Assembly (NCBI GenBank): GCA_964626665.1
Contig: CAZVGK010000001.1
Coordinates: 64,001-128,000, forward strand
Origin: an uncultured Gemmatimonadota bacterium
Lineage (GTDB): Bacteria > SM23-81 > DAOVCL01
Length of the DNA stretch: 64,000 bases
Direction: 5' to 3'
Positions 9,290 through 18,814 of the stretch are shown here, piece after piece (position 1 is the stretch's first letter; each line of letters starts with the position of its first letter). A model generated the notes under the pieces. It saw nothing but the letters and a program-made list of their open reading frames with translations. It had not been told where the DNA came from and did not search any database. The position numbers and the translations under genes were made by a program.

Positions 9290-10111
9290 ATGGAAGATCT
9301 GCAGAAAAGAATCTCAGAGGCGAAGGATTTTATAGCAGCTAAATCCAAGATCAAACCTAAGATAGGGATTATTTTGGGCACCGGTTTAGGAGCTTTAGCC
9401 AAGGAGATTAAGGTGGAATCCTCCATTCCCTACAAGGAGATCCCCTATTTTCCTGTCTCTACGGTCTATGGCCATGAGGGGAAGTTGGTCCTGGGCAGTT
9501 TGGGGGGGAAGAAGGTGCTGGCTATGCAGGGCAGATTTCACTATTATGAGGGCTATAGCCTCCAGGAGGTTACCTTTCCGGTGAGGGTAATGAGGGCAAT
9601 GGGAGCGGATACCCTGGTGGTCTCCAATGCCTGTGGGGGGATGAACCCCCTCTTCTCCCGGGGGGATATTATGGTTATGGAGGATCACATCAACCTCTTT
9701 GGTGACAATCCCCTGCGGGGTCCCAATGACGACAGCCTGGGTCCCCGGTTCCCCGATATGTCTGAACCTTACAGCAAGGAGCTCATTGCTTTGGCTGAGC
9801 AGGTGGCCTTAGAGGCGGGGATAAAGCTGCAGAAGGGGGTATATGTAGGGGTGCAGGGGCCGAATTTGGAGACCAGGGCAGAGTACAGATTCTTGCGCGG
9901 CATTGGAGCTGATGTGGTGGGAATGTCCACGGTGCCGGAGACCATAGTGGCCGTCCATTCCGGGATGAGGGTCTTAGGCCTCTCGGTGGTCACCGATCTC
10001 TGTCTCCCCGATGCCCTCAAGCCGGCCAGCCATATAGAGATCGTGAAGACCGCCTCTAAAGCCGAGCCGCAGCTGACCAAGCTGATGATGCTCACCATAG
10101 AGAGGATGTAG
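9290..10111 (+). CDS. punA: Purine nucleoside phosphorylase (trimeric type)
   Basis: GRFHYYEG, GPNLETRAE, VGMSTVPE. Confidence 0.95.
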   Translation: MEDLQKRISEAKDFIAAKSKIKPKIGIILGTGLGALAKEIKVESSIPYKEIPYFPVSTVYGHEGKLVLGSLGGKKVLAMQGRFHYYEGYSLQEVTFPVRVMRAMGADTLVVSNACGGMNPLFSRGDIMVMEDHINLFGDNPLRGPNDDSLGPRFPDMSEPYSKELIALAEQVALEAGIKLQKGVYVGVQGPNLETRAEYRFLRGIGADVVGMSTVPETIVAVHSGMRVLGLSVVTDLCLPDALKPASHIEIVKTASKAEPQLTKLMMLTIERM

Positions 10112-12886
10112 GTGGATTACTCAAAGACCATAAATCTTCCTCGGCCCAGTATCTCGATGAAGGCCAACCTCCCCCATAAGGAACCGGAGCTTTTGCAGTT
10201 CTGGGAAGAGCTAAGGTTCTACCAGAAGCTGCGGGAGGAGAGGAAGGGAGCCCCGCAATACATCCTCCATGATGGCCCCCCCTATTCCAATGGCCATATC
10301 CATATGGGCACAGCCCTAAACAAGGTGGCCAAGGATATAGTAGTGCGGTCGAAGTCTATGGCTGGCTATGACAGCCCCTATATCCCGGGATGGGACAATC
10401 ACGGGATGCCCATTGAGATCGAGGCTACGAAGAGTTCTGGCCAGGGGGATAGGCTTGCCGTAAGGAGGAGCTGTCGGGAGTATGCCCGTAAGTTTGTAAA
10501 TGTGCAAAGGGAGGAGTTCAAGAGGTTGGGGGTTATGGGACAATGGGACGAGCCCTACCTGACGATGTCCCCGAAGTTCGAGGCAAAGATCATCGATGTG
10601 TTTGGGGAACTGGCTGAGAAAGGTTATATTTACAGGGGTTTAAGGCCCATTGACTGGTGTCCCCACTGCCGCACGGCCTTAGCCGAGGCGGAGATCGAAT
10701 ATAAAGAGAAGGAATCGGATTCCATCTTGGTCCGTTTTCCCTTGTTAAAGGACCCCCAGGGGATTTTCGCCGGGGCTAAAGAGGCCTTTGTGCTCATCTG
10801 GACAACCACCCCTTGGACTATACCGGCAAACCAGGCGGTGGTGGTCAACCCAGAATTTGCCTATGTGGTTGCCCTCTCAGGCTCTGAGTCTTATCTGGTG
10901 GCGGAGGAGCTTCTCCCCCAGGTGATGAGATTAGCTGGCAAGGGGAATTACCGAGCGATAAAGAGGATAAAAGGTGAAAAGCTGCAAGGTTTAGTTTTCA
11001 AGCATCCGCTGTTCGATCGCCCCTCCCCCCTCTTCCTCGCCGACCATGTTACCCTGGAGGAGGGAACGGGGATTGTGCATACCGCACCCGGCCATGGGGA
11101 GGAGGACTTCGAGGTGGGGAAGAGAGAGGAATTGGAGGTCCTCTCCGTAGTGGATGAGGCCGGAGTCTTCAACTTTCAGGCGGGCAAATATTCCGGTTTG
11201 AGCTTGGAGCAGGGAAATGCAGCGGTATTAAGGGATCTTTTGGCCAACGGCAACCTCCTCCACCATACACGCATCACCCACAAATACCCTCACTGTTGGA
11301 GATGTCACCAACCCCTCATCTTTCGCGCCACGGTGCAATGGTTTTTATCGGTCGACCACCTCTCGTTAAGGAAGAAGGCACTGGCGGCTATTGAAAAGGT
11401 TAAGTGGGTTCCCTCCTCCAGCCGCAATCGCATCATCTCAATGATGGAGGGCCGCCCGGATTGGTGCCTCTCGCGGCAGCGGAACTGGGGGGTGGGTATT
11501 CCCGTCTTCTACTGTCAGGGGTGTGGAAGAGAGATAATCAGAAAGGACCTCATCGAAAGGGTGCGGGACCTGGTTGCCCAGAAGGGTTCCGATGTTTGGT
11601 TTGAGCTGCCAGCTGAGGAGCTCCTTCCCCCTGATTTTAGGTGTCCTTATTGTGGGGGGAGGGAGTTTGAAAAGGAGAAGGATATCCTCGATGTCTGGTT
11701 CGACTCCGGTTGCAGCCACCTGGTCGTCCTGGAGGGAAACTCTGATTTGAGGTGGCCTGCCGACCTCTACTTGGAGGGGACGGACCAGCACAGGGGATGG
11801 TTTAACCAGTCTCTTCTTATCTCTATGGCTATTAAGGGTTTCCCGCCTTATCGCACCGTGGTGACCAACGGCTGGATGCTTGATGCCCAGGGTAAGGCTA
11901 TGCACAAGTCCCGGGGTAATGTCATCTCCCCTATGGAGATCTACAACAAGTATGGGGCCGATATCTTACGGCTTTGGGTGGCCTCAACTGAGTTCACCTC
12001 GGATATGAAGCTCTCCCCTAGCATCATCCAGCAAGTGGTTGATGCCTATCGCCGCATTCGCAACACCTTCAGATTTCTCTTGGGCAACCTGTATGACTTC
12101 TCTCCGGGGCCCCATCTTCAGCCGCGGGATGGACTCCTGGAGATAGATAGGTTCATCCTCCAAAAGTTGGGTTATCTGGTAAAGGAGGTCTTGGGGTACT
12201 ATGAGAGGTTTGAATTCCACAAGATTTACCATGTTTTCCACAATTTCTGTGCTGTGGACCTCTCCGCCTTCTACTTGGATGTGCTCAAGGATAGGATGTA
12301 TACCTGGGGGAAGGACTCCTTAGAGAGGAGGTCGGGGCAAACCGCCTTTTACCTGCTGGCCAATTCCTTGGCTAAGCTCATTGCCCCCATAATGCCGTTT
12401 ACGGCTGAGGAGATATGGGAGAAAATTCCCTATTCCGGAGATAGGCCAGAGAGCATTCACCTTACCCTCTTCCCAGATCCTGACCTTGGCTGGTTTAATC
12501 CAGCCGAGGAGGAAAATTGGCGGAGGTTGTTGCAGCTGAGGGATGTGGTGCTCAAGGGGATAGAGATAATGCGGGGGGATGGCCTGATTGGCAATTCACT
12601 GGAGGCGAGGGTAACCTTGGAGGCCACCGATCCTGGATTGAGGGAGATTTTGGAGAGGTATGAGGGGGATCTTCCCACCCTCTTTATCTGCTCTCAGGTG
12701 GAGCTCTCCCCCCTTCCCCGGTATACCTGCCAGGATGAGGGGATTGGTTTGAAGGTGTTGGTGGGAAGGGCTCAAGGGGGAAAATGTGTCAGGTGCTGGA
12801 ATTACTCCCCTACAGTGGGGGAGGATGAGGATTTCCCTGGCGTCTGTGCCAGGTGTGCCCAGGTCTTAAGGGAAGGGTGGGGATAA
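10112..12886 (+). CDS. ileS: Isoleucine--tRNA ligase (type 1)
   Basis: HDGPPY, HMGT (HIGH), WTTTPWT, AMHKS (KMSKS), C-terminal CxxC zinc finger. Confidence 0.97.
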   Translation: MDYSKTINLPRPSISMKANLPHKEPELLQFWEELRFYQKLREERKGAPQYILHDGPPYSNGHIHMGTALNKVAKDIVVRSKSMAGYDSPYIPGWDNHGMPIEIEATKSSGQGDRLAVRRSCREYARKFVNVQREEFKRLGVMGQWDEPYLTMSPKFEAKIIDVFGELAEKGYIYRGLRPIDWCPHCRTALAEAEIEYKEKESDSILVRFPLLKDPQGIFAGAKEAFVLIWTTTPWTIPANQAVVVNPEFAYVVALSGSESYLVAEELLPQVMRLAGKGNYRAIKRIKGEKLQGLVFKHPLFDRPSPLFLADHVTLEEGTGIVHTAPGHGEEDFEVGKREELEVLSVVDEAGVFNFQAGKYSGLSLEQGNAAVLRDLLANGNLLHHTRITHKYPHCWRCHQPLIFRATVQWFLSVDHLSLRKKALAAIEKVKWVPSSSRNRIISMMEGRPDWCLSRQRNWGVGIPVFYCQGCGREIIRKDLIERVRDLVAQKGSDVWFELPAEELLPPDFRCPYCGGREFEKEKDILDVWFDSGCSHLVVLEGNSDLRWPADLYLEGTDQHRGWFNQSLLISMAIKGFPPYRTVVTNGWMLDAQGKAMHKSRGNVISPMEIYNKYGADILRLWVASTEFTSDMKLSPSIIQQVVDAYRRIRNTFRFLLGNLYDFSPGPHLQPRDGLLEIDRFILQKLGYLVKEVLGYYERFEFHKIYHVFHNFCAVDLSAFYLDVLKDRMYTWGKDSLERRSGQTAFYLLANSLAKLIAPIMPFTAEEIWEKIPYSGDRPESIHLTLFPDPDLGWFNPAEEENWRRLLQLRDVVLKGIEIMRGDGLIGNSLEARVTLEATDPGLREILERYEGDLPTLFICSQVELSPLPRYTCQDEGIGLKVLVGRAQGGKCVRCWNYSPTVGEDEDFPGVCARCAQVLREGWG

Positions 12887-12989
12887 GGGTGTCGGGGATC
12901 GGTTCTCAGGGATCAGGGGAAATCCTGACAACTGACTGCCGACCCCTGAGAGCTGTAAGCAGGTATGAAATGAGATAGAAGGGGAGGAA

Positions 12990-13385
12990 ATGGATGCTAA
13001 GCACTTGAAGAAGTTTGAGGGATTGCTCCTGGCCAAGAGGAAACAACTCCTTGAATCGATAGGTCATTATGAGGATTCCCTGATGAACTCCTCCCTCAAG
13101 GAGTCTAATGGGAACCTCTCCACCTATGCTGATCATATGGCTGATTTAGGGACCGATGCTCAGGAGAGGGAGAAGGCCTATCACTTTGCCTCCAAGGAGG
13201 GAAGGTTGCTCTACCACATTGATGAGGCCCTGCGGCGGATGCAGGATGGCACCTATGGGAAGTGTGTGGAGTGTGGGGAGGAGATAAGCCTGGATAGGTT
13301 GGAGGCCGTCCCTCATGCCAGGTTGTGCATAAGGTGCAAGCAGCGAGAAGAGGAGAAGAAAAGGCAACTTGACCGCACAGCTTAG
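12990..13385 (+). CDS. dksA: TraR/DksA C4 zinc-finger protein
   Basis: HMADLGTD; YGKCVECGEEI..RLEAVP..LCIRC. Confidence 0.9.
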   Translation: MDAKHLKKFEGLLLAKRKQLLESIGHYEDSLMNSSLKESNGNLSTYADHMADLGTDAQEREKAYHFASKEGRLLYHIDEALRRMQDGTYGKCVECGEEISLDRLEAVPHARLCIRCKQREEEKKRQLDRTA

Positions 13386-13866
13386 CCGGGAGAGGGGAAC
13401 CGCGTTGAGGGGGAGCCTCTACTTCTACTTAGGGATCTTCTTGGCCGTGGTTGGCTTAGATCAGGTCACCAAATATCTGGCCAGCAGATTTCTCTCAGCA
13501 CGGATCTGTGTAGAAGTTGCGGGTTCCGTCTTCAGATTGACCCTGGTGAGGAACCCCGCTGGGGTATTTGGGATAGTGGGTGGGGGGAAGCTATTCTATC
13601 TTTACCTCTCCCTTTTAGCAGTAGGATTGATTGGTTTCTACCTCACCAAAGTTAAGCTCCCTATCTACAGGTTTTCCCTGGCCCTTATCTTGGGTGGGGC
13701 TGTGGGGAACCTGGCCGATCGGATAAGGTTCGGGGAGGTAGTGGATTTCCTGGACTTTGGCCTCGGCTCCTATCGCTGGCCCACCTTTAATCTCGCTGAT
13801 AGTGCAATAACCATTGGCATCTTTCTTCTCTTGTTGGCCAGCTTCAGAAAAGGTAAAAGTCATTAG
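13369..13866 (+). CDS. lspA: Lipoprotein signal peptidase II
   Basis: DQVTK, GAVGNLADR, VVDF, FNLADS. Confidence 0.95.
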   Translation: MTAQLSRERGTALRGSLYFYLGIFLAVVGLDQVTKYLASRFLSARICVEVAGSVFRLTLVRNPAGVFGIVGGGKLFYLYLSLLAVGLIGFYLTKVKLPIYRFSLALILGGAVGNLADRIRFGEVVDFLDFGLGSYRWPTFNLADSAITIGIFLLLLASFRKGKSH

Positions 13867-13954
13867 GGATAACAACGGGATAGCCAAAATTGTTGGCAGA
13901 TTTGGAACAGGTAAGATAGCCGTAGGCTTTATCCTGCGAAAGGAACTACCCAAT

Positions 13955-14390
13955 CTTGTTTTTTGACAATTTTTTTTAACCGCAAGGCTCGCTAAGTAGG
14001 CGCAGAGAACGCAAAGGATTAAATGTAAATTGCAGTATATGCCGGGGAGAGCCTGAAGTCTCCAATACCTTCTTTACTATCCGTGAAATCTGTGGCTGCT
14101 ATTTGTTGGCAACTCTGACCGACTGTGTAGCTCCGTGAGATTCTGTGGTAATTTCACCACGGACTATGCACAGAAAAACAGGAATCAGTTTTCAGGGATC
14201 AAGGATGGACAGCATAAATTCCTTCTTTAATTCTTAATTTTCAATTCATAATTGTTTTTTCCCGTCTAATTCCGTGAATTCCTGGGGTAAGTCTGTTAAT
14301 TCGTGTAGATTCGTCTATTCGTGCCATTCGTGTTCCAGGGGTTCAGTGTAATCTGTGGTTGTTGTTTGATTGTGCTTTTGCCGCGTTGTT
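13955..14390 (+). repeat. Dispersed modular non-coding element, copy A
   Basis: Long blocks shared with 59525-59830 and with the reverse complement of 43787-44102. Confidence 0.8.
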
Positions 14391-14421
14391 TTATTCCGTG
14401 GTGAACCGTTCGGGAAAAAGG

Positions 14422-15384
14422 TTGAAGGTAAAAACCGTAAAGATAGAAGGGATAGGTGAACCCCTCAGGTTAGATGTTTGGCTGGTTAAGAATATGCAAG
14501 GGCTGAGCCGTTCTCGGTTGCAGGGATTGGTAAATGAGGGGTTTATTCTCCTAAACAACAAAAAAGTCAAGCCAAACCATAGGGTCTCCTCTGGAGAGCT
14601 GGTCACTATAACCATCCCTTCCCCTGAGAGGTCAACCCTCCAACCGGAGGAGGGCCCCTTGAATGTCCTCTATGAGGACGAACACCTTTTGGTGATCAAC
14701 AAACCTCCTGGCCTGGCTGTCCATCCCGGCGGTGGGGTGAGGCAGGGGACCCTGGTCAACCTTCTCCTCCATCATTGTAGGGAACTTTCGGGGATAGGGG
14801 GGATAGAGAAACCGGGAATTGTCCATCGCTTGGACAAGGATACAACCGGGGTTATGGTGGTGGCCAAGGATGACTGGACCCATCTGGAGCTCTCCTCCCA
14901 GTTTCAGAGAAGGGAAGTGAAGAAGGAATACCTGGCCCTTGTTTGGGGAGAGCTGGGGGGAGGGGAGGGGGTGATAGAGCTTCCCATAGGTAGAAGCAGG
15001 AAGGACAGGAAGAAGATGGCTGTCCGCGAGCTGGGAGGGAGGGAAGCGCTAACCCGCTACAAGGTTTTAGAGGATTTTGGCCTCTGCTCCTACCTGGCTG
15101 TAAGGCTAGGCACAGGTCGCACCCATCAGATTAGGGTGCATCTCTCCCATATAAGCCATCCCATAGTAGGAGATCCTAAATATGGGGGGAGAAGGAAGAT
15201 GTTAGGTAAACTCCCCCCCTCCCAAAGGGATATGGCCCGGATGCTCTTGGAGCTTCTTCCTCGCCAGGCACTTCATGCTCATCACTTAGGGTTCGTTCAT
15301 CCGATAAGCAGGGAATACTTGGAGTTCTCCAGCCCCCTGTGGGGGGATATGGCCAAGGCATTGGAGCTGCTCAGGTGTAGATGA
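14422..15384 (+). CDS. rluD: RluA/RluD family pseudouridine synthase
   Basis: S4 domain, HRLDKDTTG, TGRTHQIRVH; start moved to TTG 14422 because the upstream extension is repeat DNA. Confidence 0.93.
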   Translation: MKVKTVKIEGIGEPLRLDVWLVKNMQGLSRSRLQGLVNEGFILLNNKKVKPNHRVSSGELVTITIPSPERSTLQPEEGPLNVLYEDEHLLVINKPPGLAVHPGGGVRQGTLVNLLLHHCRELSGIGGIEKPGIVHRLDKDTTGVMVVAKDDWTHLELSSQFQRREVKKEYLALVWGELGGGEGVIELPIGRSRKDRKKMAVRELGGREALTRYKVLEDFGLCSYLAVRLGTGRTHQIRVHLSHISHPIVGDPKYGGRRKMLGKLPPSQRDMARMLLELLPRQALHAHHLGFVHPISREYLEFSSPLWGDMAKALELLRCR

Positions 15385-15579
15385 TAAAATCCACAAAGAG
15401 CGCTGAATGAAGTAAGTCATTGCGAGGCACCGAAAGTGCCGGAGCAATCTCTCTGGATTAGTAGAAATCTCTGTTTTGGACGCTGATAGTCGCAGATTTT
15501 ACAGGATAATTTTTATAAATCCCAAGCATCTGCGTTAATCTGCGTTCCATAAAGCCTGTCTGAAGGGGGCCAAGTTCTG

Positions 15580-16329
15580 ATGCAGATAGGGGAAAAGGTA
15601 TATCATTTTACCGAATTGGACTCCACAAATGATTTCGCTAAGGGACTTATCGCGGGAGCCCCAGAGGGAACGGTGGTAATTGCAGAAAGACAGAGGAGGG
15701 GAAAGGGAAGGTTGGGCAAGAGTTGGTGCTCTCCAGAAGGTGGGCTTTGGTTTTCTATTATCATAGGGAAAAGCAATGGCTTGCTTATTCCCTTGATGGC
15801 TGGGGTAGCCCTCTGTGAGGTCCTGCGGGGACTTGGTTTAAATGTGGGTATAAAATGGCCCAATGACATAGTGATAGGGGGCAAGAAGATAGCTGGAATC
15901 CTGACTGAGCTGGAAGGGAAGAGGATCATTCTGGGAATTGGCCTGAACCTGAATGTATCTCGGTTTCCTGATGAGATAAAGGATGTAGCCACCTCCCTTT
16001 TCCTGGAGATGGGAAGGAGCTATCCCAGGGAAGAGGTGCTCGGATTGATCCTGAAAGGGATTGAGAGATGGTTTGGGGCTTTAAGGGAGGGCAATATCCA
16101 AGGCTTGCTTGATAAGTGGCGGGAATATGCGGCCATCCTGGGGAAGGTGGTGGTGGTGAGAACCCCCAGGAGGATACTGCAGGGGAGGGCAATGGATATA
16201 GCGCAGGATGGAGGGCTTCTTTTGGAACTCCCCGATGGATCCAAAGAGAAAGTTTTGGCCGGTGAATGTAGCCTCAGGGTGGGGACCGTGGGTTCTCCGA
16301 TTCCCGAGCCAGCCAGCAAAGGGGGTTGA
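15580..16329 (+). CDS. birA: Biotin--protein ligase without HTH domain
   Basis: DSTN, GKGRLGKSW, IKWPND, KIAGIL. Confidence 0.93.
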   Translation: MQIGEKVYHFTELDSTNDFAKGLIAGAPEGTVVIAERQRRGKGRLGKSWCSPEGGLWFSIIIGKSNGLLIPLMAGVALCEVLRGLGLNVGIKWPNDIVIGGKKIAGILTELEGKRIILGIGLNLNVSRFPDEIKDVATSLFLEMGRSYPREEVLGLILKGIERWFGALREGNIQGLLDKWREYAAILGKVVVVRTPRRILQGRAMDIAQDGGLLLELPDGSKEKVLAGECSLRVGTVGSPIPEPASKGG

Positions 16330-16423
16330 GGGGGGACTGGCCTCTTCCCCAAGAGAGTAGCCCTAACTTGTTGGGACGTTTGAAGAGGTCAAGCCAGGAA
16401 ATTAGTAAACGGAGGGAACTGAA

Positions 16424-16945
16424 TTGAAAATAGGGACGCTGCAGGTCTATACTGGGGAGGGGAAGGGGAAGACCACCGCTGCCCTGGGTCAGGCCCTGCG
16501 GGCAGTGGGCCATGGACAGCAGGTGATTGTGATCCAATTTATGAAGGGTCAAATAAACTATGGTGAACTGAAGGCGGTGGAGGATGTTCCCGGATTGAAG
16601 ATTGAGCAGTATGGTTTGCCCACCTTTGTGGAGCGGGGTAATCCCTCCGCAGAGGATAGGGAATGGGCCAGGAAGGGGATGGAGCGGGCCAAAAAGGTCA
16701 TCAGGGAGGCAAGATATGACATGGTCGTCTTGGATGAGATAAGTGTGGCCGTGGACTATGGATTGGTTGGCTTAGATGAAGTCCTCGGTTTAATTAAGGC
16801 CAGGCCCCCGGAGATGGAACTTGTTCTCACCGGCAGATATGCGGCCAAGGAGATAATTGAGCTTGCTGACCTGGTTACGGAGATGAAGGAAATAAAGCAC
16901 CACTATCAAAAGGGCATCCAGGCCAGGGAGGGAATCGAGTTCTAA
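16424..16945 (+). CDS. cobO: Cob(I)alamin adenosyltransferase
   Basis: YTGEGKGKTTAALG, LDEI, TGR, ADLVTEM, GIEF. Confidence 0.93.
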   Translation: MKIGTLQVYTGEGKGKTTAALGQALRAVGHGQQVIVIQFMKGQINYGELKAVEDVPGLKIEQYGLPTFVERGNPSAEDREWARKGMERAKKVIREARYDMVVLDEISVAVDYGLVGLDEVLGLIKARPPEMELVLTGRYAAKEIIELADLVTEMKEIKHHYQKGIQAREGIEF

Positions 16946-17081
16946 GGGGTTCAAGATTGAGGATATGGCCTTGTAGTATGAGAATTCCCACCTATTGGAC
17001 AGGATATACAGGATTGCCAGGATATGAATTGATTATGTAAATCCCGTTTATCCCGTCAAAAAAGCCTTGTCGTTGGTTTCC

Positions 17082-17127
17082 CCAATTCAGTGCCGTCAGG
17101 GCCCCTGCCCTGACGGCACTGAATTGG
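17082..17127. repeat. Perfect 21-bp-arm inverted repeat
   Basis: CCAATTCAGTGCCGTCAGGGC-CCCT-GCCCTGACGGCACTGAATTGG; core related to the 7775 and 8042 palindromes. Confidence 0.9.
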
Positions 17128-17355
17128 ATGTAAGTAGGGACAGGTCTTCAGCCCTGTCCGAAAGAGTGCTGCCCTTGCGCCGCTCTAATTCTCTGCCTAT
17201 GATGAATCAGAGCTAAGGCAGAATATTGGAAATGTTAATTGGTATTTAAAGATGTGACTCCGATTTATGCCAAAAAGGAGAAAAACATCACACAGAACAA
17301 GTTTGAGCGGTTTAACGGTCAAAGTAGAGGGAATTGTATTTTTTAAAACTGCTTT

Positions 17356-17530
17356 TAGCCCATATTCTGGAAAATAAATTTTGGATTCGTAACTTATTGA
17401 TTTTCAAGGGAAAATTTTCTAGATTTTCATGGACTACATTCAATTGGCGATTATTAAAAAACTGTCTAACTGGTTGATTTTTAAGTAGTTGTTCGTATTT
17501 GACCTTAAATTTTTCCCGGAATGTAGGCTA
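17356..17530. mobile_element. Putative MITE or IS-end remnant
   Basis: Terminal inverted repeats TAGCCCATATTCTGGAAAA / TAGCCTACATTCCGGGAAA (15 of 19, mismatches all transitions); no ORF. Confidence 0.55.
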
Positions 17531-17636
17531 CAGCATAAAAATGCTACCATAACATCCAGGGGCCAGTAGCAACTTTTTCATAGGTGACCTCAGTGACAGA
17601 ATGGCAAAAAATCTTTCTCAAATCTGCATTTTTTTC

Positions 17637-17665
17637 TTGACAAATGCTTACTGAATTCTTATAAT
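17637..17665 (+). promoter_or_regulatory. Consensus sigma70 promoter of the aromatic super-operon
   Basis: TTGACA-17-TATAAT, exact consensus. Confidence 0.9.
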
Positions 17666-17730
17666 ATATTAGAAAAGGGGGCTGAGGTGTCTTTAAGAAT
17701 GTCAGGACAGATTTTTTGAAGGGAAGTAGA

Positions 17731-17886
17731 ATGATTTTTTCGGTTGGTTCGTCTAAACATGTTGTCAATTATAAGAACCAGTGGCACCATTTGTCCATGG
17801 GGGCATGGTGTCTTTGGATGTGGCACATTTGGTACTATAGTAGCTTACAGAGACCAACCGGAAAAGGATTGAGAGCAATGAAATAG
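17731..17886 (+). CDS. Attenuator leader peptide, 51 aa, Trp/His/Tyr-rich
   Basis: MIFSVGSSKHVVNYKNQWHHLSMGAWCLWMWHIWYYSSLQRPTGKGLRAMK; purine-rich RBS; lies between promoter and terminator. Confidence 0.85.
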   Translation: MIFSVGSSKHVVNYKNQWHHLSMGAWCLWMWHIWYYSSLQRPTGKGLRAMK

Positions 17887-17908
17887 AAAATACAACAGAG
17901 TGAAGGTT

Positions 17909-17943
17909 AAAACCCACATCCGATTTCGGTTGTGGGTTTTTTT
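17909..17943 (+). terminator. Intrinsic terminator (attenuator)
   Basis: AAAACCCACA-T-CCGA-TT-TCGG-T-TGTGGGTTTTTTT. Confidence 0.88.
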
Positions 17944-18105
17944 GTTCGTTCGCCAGAGGGCAGAGTGAGAGTTTCTTCAAAAGTCAAGTTTGATGGTTAG
18001 GCAAAAAGTCAAAAAATGCTCTTGTAACATTGTGAACCTAAAATGCAACTTATTTAAAATGAATATGTTGCTTACCTTGGTTTAATCCGTTATAGCACCA
18101 AAACG

Positions 18106-18814
18106 GACTTTTTAGCAAAATTGACTAAAACCAAAATAACTGTTGCAGGTGGTGTGAGTTCAATTGATGAGATAAGAGAAGTTGCAAGAATAGGAGTGGA
18201 TGTACAACTTGGTATGGCACTGTATACTGGTAAGATAAATCTCGCAGAAGCATTTATTGAATCGCTCAACTGGAAAGGTGAACTCATACCAACCATTACA
18301 CAGGATCATAGAGGTCAGGTTCTTTTGCCTCGCTTACAGTAACAGGGATTCTCTCAGGAAGGCATTTGAAAAAGGCAAAATGTGGTATTTTTCAAGGTCA
18401 CGAAATAAGCTCTGGATGAAAGGCGAAACATCCGGCAATATACAAGAGCCTATAAGATTAAGGGCAGATGGCGATAGGGATGCACTGCTTGCCACAGTAA
18501 AGCAACAGGGTGTTGCGTGCCATACAGGTGAGTATTCCTGTTTCGGCGCTAAAAAGTTCAGCCTTTATGAACTCTATGAAGTTGTAAAAGACAGGATAGA
18601 AAATCCAAGACCTGAATCATACACCGCAGAACTAACAGATGATATGCTGAGCGATAAGATATTGGAAGAAGCCAAAGACCTTATAGAGGCAAGAGATAAA
18701 GATGGAATAATACGGGAAGCAGCAGATCTTATATATTTTCTGAAGATTCTTCTAGCCAAGAATGGGATCAAAATAAATGATGTATTTAACGAATTAAGGA
18801 GGCGTAGAAGATGA
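18106..18814 (+). pseudogene. hisIE: 5'-truncated, frameshifted HisA-like/HisI/HisE fusion
   Basis: ITVAGGV..GMALYTG barrel end; YFSRSRNKLWMKGETSGN and ACHTGEYSCF (HisI); KILEEA..EAADLIY (HisE); frameshift near 18325; DCD changed to DGD. Confidence 0.88.

Noticed and set aside
10270-11920. Variant HIGH/KMSKS motifs (HMGT, AMHKS) as a sign of an unusual IleRS
   Set aside because: Within the known variation of class I synthetases; the rest of the protein is typical.
17666-17943. T-box leader
   Set aside because: No T-box consensus (GGTGGNACC) before the terminator; a translated leader explains the region better.
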